A DNA stretch of 64,000 bases from assembly GCF_988243305.1 (NCBI RefSeq), contig NZ_OZ547136.1, one strand, 5' to 3'. Position 1 is the first letter of the stretch. The number at the start of each line of letters is the position of its first letter. The notes below the pieces were generated by a model. The model saw only the letters and a program-made list of their open reading frames with translations, was not told where the DNA came from and did no database searches. Of this stretch, positions 59,961 to 64,000 are shown piece by piece. A program made the position numbers and the translations under genes.

Positions 59961-60278
59961 TTAGTATTCCCACGTCTCCGGGTTAATCCCCATCTCACGC
60001 ATGATCTCTTTTGCCGCTTCCGGGATTTCGTCGCTGCGCTCTTTACGCAGATCGGCATCATCCGGCAAAGGTTGCCCGGTAAAGGCATGCAGAAACGCTT
60101 CGCACAGCAGCTCGCTGTTGGTAGCGTGACGCAGGTTGTTCACCTGACGACGCGTGCGTTCATCGGTGAGGATTTTTAACACCTTAAGAGGAATGGAAAC
60201 CGTAATCTTTTTGACTTGTTCACTCTTCTTGCCGTGCTCAGCGTATGGGCTGATATATTCGCCGCTCCATTCAGCCAT
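59961..60278 (-). CDS. metJ: Methionine repressor MetJ
   Basis: 105 aa from [18 protein letters not shown]. Confidence 0.95.
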
Positions 60279-60467
60279 GAGATACTTAATCCTCTTCGTC
60301 AATAAATTGAGACCAGACCACACAATTTATGTGGGTACTGACCGTAAACCCGCATAGTTTACCGTACAGGCGCTACCGTGACATCGTGTAATGCACCTGT
60401 CGGCGTGATAATGCATATAATTTTAACGGCTATTTGGGATTTGCTCAATCTATACGCAAAGAAGTTT

Positions 60468-60491
60468 AGATGTCCAGATGTATTGACGTCC
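60468..60491 (+). promoter_or_regulatory. Tandem met boxes (MetJ operator) in metJ/metB divergent region
   Basis: agatgtcc agatgtat tgacgtcc, 8-bp repeats near consensus AGACGTCT. Confidence 0.6.
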
Positions 60492-60554
60492 ATTAACACA
60501 ATGTTTACTCTGGTGCCTGACATTTCACCGACAAAGCCCAGGGAACTTCATCAC

Positions 60555-61715
60555 ATGACGCGTAAACAGGCCACCATCGCAGTGCGTAGCGGGTTAAATG
60601 ACGACGAACAGTATGGTTGCGTTGTCCCTCCCATCCATCTTTCCAGCACCTATAACTTTACCGGATTTAATGAACCGCGCGCGCATGATTACTCGCGGCG
60701 CGGCAACCCAACGCGCGATGTGGTTCAGCGTGCGCTGGCAGAACTGGAAGGCGGTGCTGGTGCCGTACTTACTAATACCGGCATGTCCGCGATTCACCTG
60801 GTAACGACCGTCTTTTTGAAACCAGGCGATCTGCTGGTTGCGCCGCACGACTGCTACGGAGGCAGCTATCGCCTGTTCGACAGCCTGGCGAAACGCGGTT
60901 GCTATCGCGTGTTGTTTGTTGATCAAGGCGATGAACAGGCATTACGGGCAGCGCTGGCAGAAAACCCCAAACTGGTACTGGTAGAAAGCCCAAGTAATCC
61001 ATTGTTACGCGTCGTGGATATTGCGAAAATCTGCCATCTGGCAAGGGAAGTCGGGGCGGTGAGCGTGGTGGATAACACCTTCTTAAGCCCGGCATTACAA
61101 AATCCGCTGGCATTAGGTGCCGATCTGGTGTTGCATTCATGCACGAAATATCTGAACGGTCACTCAGACGTGGTGGCCGGCGTGGTGATTGCTAAAGATC
61201 CGGACGTTGTCACTGAACTTGCCTGGTGGGCAAACAATATTGGCGTGACGGGCGGCGCGTTTGACAGCTATCTGCTGCTACGCGGGTTGCGAACTCTGGT
61301 GCCGCGTATGGAGCTGGCCCAGCGCAACGCGCAGGCGATTGTGAAATATCTGCAAACCCAGCCGTTGGTGAAAAAACTGTATCACCCGTCGCTGCCGGAA
61401 AATCAGGGGCATGAAATTGCCGCGCGCCAGCAAAAAGGCTTTGGCGCAATGTTGAGTTTTGAACTGGATGGCGATGAGCAGACGCTGCGTCGTTTCTTGG
61501 GCGGGCTGTCGTTGTTTACGCTGGCGGAATCATTAGGGGGAGTGGAAAGTTTAATCTCTCACGCCGCAACCATGACACATGCAGGCATGGCACCAGAAGC
61601 GCGTGCTGCCGCCGGGATCTCCGAGACGCTGCTGCGTATCTCCACCGGTATTGAAGATGGCGAAGATTTAATTGCCGACCTGGAAAATGGCTTCCGGGCT
61701 GCAAACAAGGGGTAA
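60555..61715 (+). CDS. metB: Cystathionine gamma-synthase
   Basis: 386 aa from MTRKQATIAVRSG; PLP-lysine region. Confidence 0.95.
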   Translation: MTRKQATIAVRSGLNDDEQYGCVVPPIHLSSTYNFTGFNEPRAHDYSRRGNPTRDVVQRALAELEGGAGAVLTNTGMSAIHLVTTVFLKPGDLLVAPHDCYGGSYRLFDSLAKRGCYRVLFVDQGDEQALRAALAENPKLVLVESPSNPLLRVVDIAKICHLAREVGAVSVVDNTFLSPALQNPLALGADLVLHSCTKYLNGHSDVVAGVVIAKDPDVVTELAWWANNIGVTGGAFDSYLLLRGLRTLVPRMELAQRNAQAIVKYLQTQPLVKKLYHPSLPENQGHEIAARQQKGFGAMLSFELDGDEQTLRRFLGGLSLFTLAESLGGVESLISHAATMTHAGMAPEARAAAGISETLLRISTGIEDGEDLIADLENGFRAANKG

Positions 61716-61717
61716 AA

Positions 61718-64000
61718 ATGAGTGTGATTGCGCAGGCAGGGGCGAAAGGTCGTCAACTGCATAAATTTGGTGGCAGTAGTCTGGCTGATGTGAAGTGTTA
61801 TTTGCGTGTCGCGGGCATTATGGCGGAGTACTCTCAGCCTGACGATATGATGGTGGTTTCCGCCGCCGGTAGCACCACTAACCAGCTGATTAACTGGTTG
61901 AAACTAAGCCAGACCGATCGTCTCTCTGCGCATCAGATTCAACAAACGCTGCGTCGCTATCAGTGCGATCTGATTAGCGGCCTGCTACCCGCCGAAGAAG
62001 CCGATAGCCTCATTAGTGCCTTTATCAGCGATCTTGAGCGCCTGGCGGCGCTGCTCGACAGCGGTATTAACGACGCGGTGTATGCGGAAGTGGTGGGCCA
62101 CGGCGAAGTGTGGTCGGCGCGCCTGATGTCTGCGGTGCTTAATCAACAAGGGCTGTCAGCGGCCTGGCTTGATGCCCGCGAGTTTTTACGCGCTGAACGC
62201 GCTGCGCAACCGCAGGTTGATGAAGGGCTTTCTTACCCGTTGCTGCAACAGCTACTGGTACAACATCCAGGCAAACGTCTGGTGGTGACCGGGTTTATCA
62301 GCCGTAACAACGCCGGTGAAACGGTGCTGCTGGGGCGTAACGGTTCCGACTATTCCGCGACACAAATCGGTGCGCTGGCGGGTGTTTCTCGTGTAACCAT
62401 CTGGAGCGACGTCGCCGGGGTATACAGTGCCGACCCGCGTAAAGTGAAAGATGCCTGTCTGCTGCCATTGCTGCGTCTGGATGAGGCCAGCGAACTGGCG
62501 CGTCTGGCGGCTCCCGTTCTTCACGCCCGTACTTTACAGCCAGTTTCTGGCAGCGAAATCGACCTGCAGCTGCGCTGTAGCTACACGCCGGATCAAGGTT
62601 CCACGCGCATTGAACGCGTGCTGGCCTCCGGTACTGGTGCGCGTATTGTCACCAGCCACGATGATGTCTGTTTGATTGAGTTCCAGGTGCCCGCCAGTCA
62701 GGATTTCAAACTGGCGCATAAAGAGATCGACCAAATCCTGAAACGTGCTCAGGTGCGCCCACTGGCGGTTGGCGTGCATAACGATCGCCAGTTGCTGCAA
62801 TTTTGCTACACCTCAGAAGTCGCTGACAGTGCGCTGAAAATTCTCGACGAAGCGGGATTACCTGGCGAACTGCGCCTGCGTCAGGGGCTGGCGCTGGTGG
62901 CGATGGTTGGGGCGGGCGTAACCCGTAACCCGCTGCATTGCCACCGCTTCTGGCAGCAACTGAAAGGCCAGCCGGTCGAATTTACCTGGCAGTCGGATGA
63001 CGGCATCAGCCTGGTGGCAGTACTGCGCACCGGACCGACCGAAAGCCTGATTCAGGGGCTGCATCAGTCCGTCTTCCGCGCAGAAAAACGCATCGGCCTG
63101 GTATTGTTCGGCAAGGGCAATATCGGTTCCCGCTGGCTGGAACTGTTCGCCCGTGAGCAGAGCACGCTCTCGGCGCGTACCGGCTTTGAATTTGTGCTGG
63201 CAGGCGTGGTGGACAGCCGCCGCAGTCTGTTGAGTTATGACGGGCTGGACGCCAGCCGCGCGTTAGCCTTCTTCAACGATGAAGCGGTCGAGCAGGATGA
63301 AGAGTCGCTGTTCCTGTGGATGCGCGCCCATCCGTATGATGATTTAGTGGTGTTGGACGTTACCGCTAGCCAGCAGCTTGCTGACCAGTATCTCGATTTT
63401 GCCAGCCACGGTTTCCACGTCATCAGCGCCAACAAACTGGCGGGAGCCAGCGACAGCAATAAATATCGCCAGATCCACGACGCCTTCGAAAAAACCGGGC
63501 GTCACTGGCTGTACAACGCCACCGTCGGTGCGGGCTTGCCGATCAACCATACCGTGCGCGATCTGATCGACAGCGGCGATACTATTTTGTCGATCAGTGG
63601 GATCTTCTCCGGCACGCTCTCCTGGCTGTTCCTGCAATTCGACGGTAGCGTGCCGTTTACCGAGCTGGTGGATCAGGCGTGGCAGCAGGGCTTAACCGAG
63701 CCTGATCCGCGTGATGACCTTTCCGGCAAAGACGTGATGCGCAAGCTGGTGATTCTGGCGCGTGAAGCGGGTTACGACATCGAACCAGATCAGGTGCGCG
63801 TGGAATCGCTGGTGCCTGCCCATTGCGAAGGCGGTAGCATCGACCATTTCTTTGAAAACGGCGATGAACTTAACGAGCAGATGGTGCAACGACTGGAAGC
63901 GGCCCGCGAAATGGGGCTGGTGCTGCGCTATGTGGCGCGTTTCGATGCCAATGGCAAAGCGCGTGTGGGCGTGGAAGCGGTGCGTGAAGACCATCCGCTG
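61718..64000 (+). CDS. metL: Bifunctional aspartokinase II / homoserine dehydrogenase II (3' end outside window)
   Basis: ATG at 61718 (MSVIAQAGAKGRQLHKFGGSS); frame open to window end. Confidence 0.9.
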   Translation, partial: MSVIAQAGAKGRQLHKFGGSSLADVKCYLRVAGIMAEYSQPDDMMVVSAAGSTTNQLINWLKLSQTDRLSAHQIQQTLRRYQCDLISGLLPAEEADSLISAFISDLERLAALLDSGINDAVYAEVVGHGEVWSARLMSAVLNQQGLSAAWLDAREFLRAERAAQPQVDEGLSYPLLQQLLVQHPGKRLVVTGFISRNNAGETVLLGRNGSDYSATQIGALAGVSRVTIWSDVAGVYSADPRKVKDACLLPLLRLDEASELARLAAPVLHARTLQPVSGSEIDLQLRCSYTPDQGSTRIERVLASGTGARIVTSHDDVCLIEFQVPASQDFKLAHKEIDQILKRAQVRPLAVGVHNDRQLLQFCYTSEVADSALKILDEAGLPGELRLRQGLALVAMVGAGVTRNPLHCHRFWQQLKGQPVEFTWQSDDGISLVAVLRTGPTESLIQGLHQSVFRAEKRIGLVLFGKGNIGSRWLELFAREQSTLSARTGFEFVLAGVVDSRRSLLSYDGLDASRALAFFNDEAVEQDEESLFLWMRAHPYDDLVVLDVTASQQLADQYLDFASHGFHVISANKLAGASDSNKYRQIHDAFEKTGRHWLYNATVGAGLPINHTVRDLIDSGDTILSISGIFSGTLSWLFLQFDGSVPFTELVDQAWQQGLTEPDPRDDLSGKDVMRKLVILAREAGYDIEPDQVRVESLVPAHCEGGSIDHFFENGDELNEQMVQRLEAAREMGLVLRYVARFDANGKARVGVEAVREDHPL

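Overview
Escherichia coli chromosomal window (K-12-like backbone kdgT-yiiM-cpxAR-cpxP // fieF-pfkA-sbp-cdh-tpiA-yiiQRST-fpr-glpXKF-zapB-rraA-menA-hslUV-ftsN-cytR-priA-rpmE-yiiX-metJ-metBL) carrying three mobile insertions. (1) An IS110-family element matching IS621 (1279 bp, 326-aa recombinase, bridge-RNA-like 5' leader) and (2) a 1432-bp IS3-family element (IS1397-like, orfA/orfB with an A AAA AAG -1 frameshift site, 3-bp ATC duplication) are both inserted in one REP palindromic unit between yiiM and cpxA. (3) A ~31.6-kb P2-like prophage is integrated at the cpxP terminator, bounded by 47-bp direct repeats, with a complete gene set from int to ogr. The prophage has two cargo regions. Between tail-fibre genes and the sheath gene sits a Hin/Gin-type invertase with an invertible tail-fibre segment. 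Between replication gene A and cos (the P2 tin/old position) sits a ~3.5-kb AT-rich island encoding an ImmA/IrrE-like HEXXH peptidase, a two-TM membrane protein, a convergent 313-aa orphan protein and an SD-preceded 37-aa ORF. I could not assign this island to any named system from sequence alone; it is my best candidate for an undescribed phage-defence or exclusion module. All calls rest on reading the sequence and recalled family features; no database search was run.
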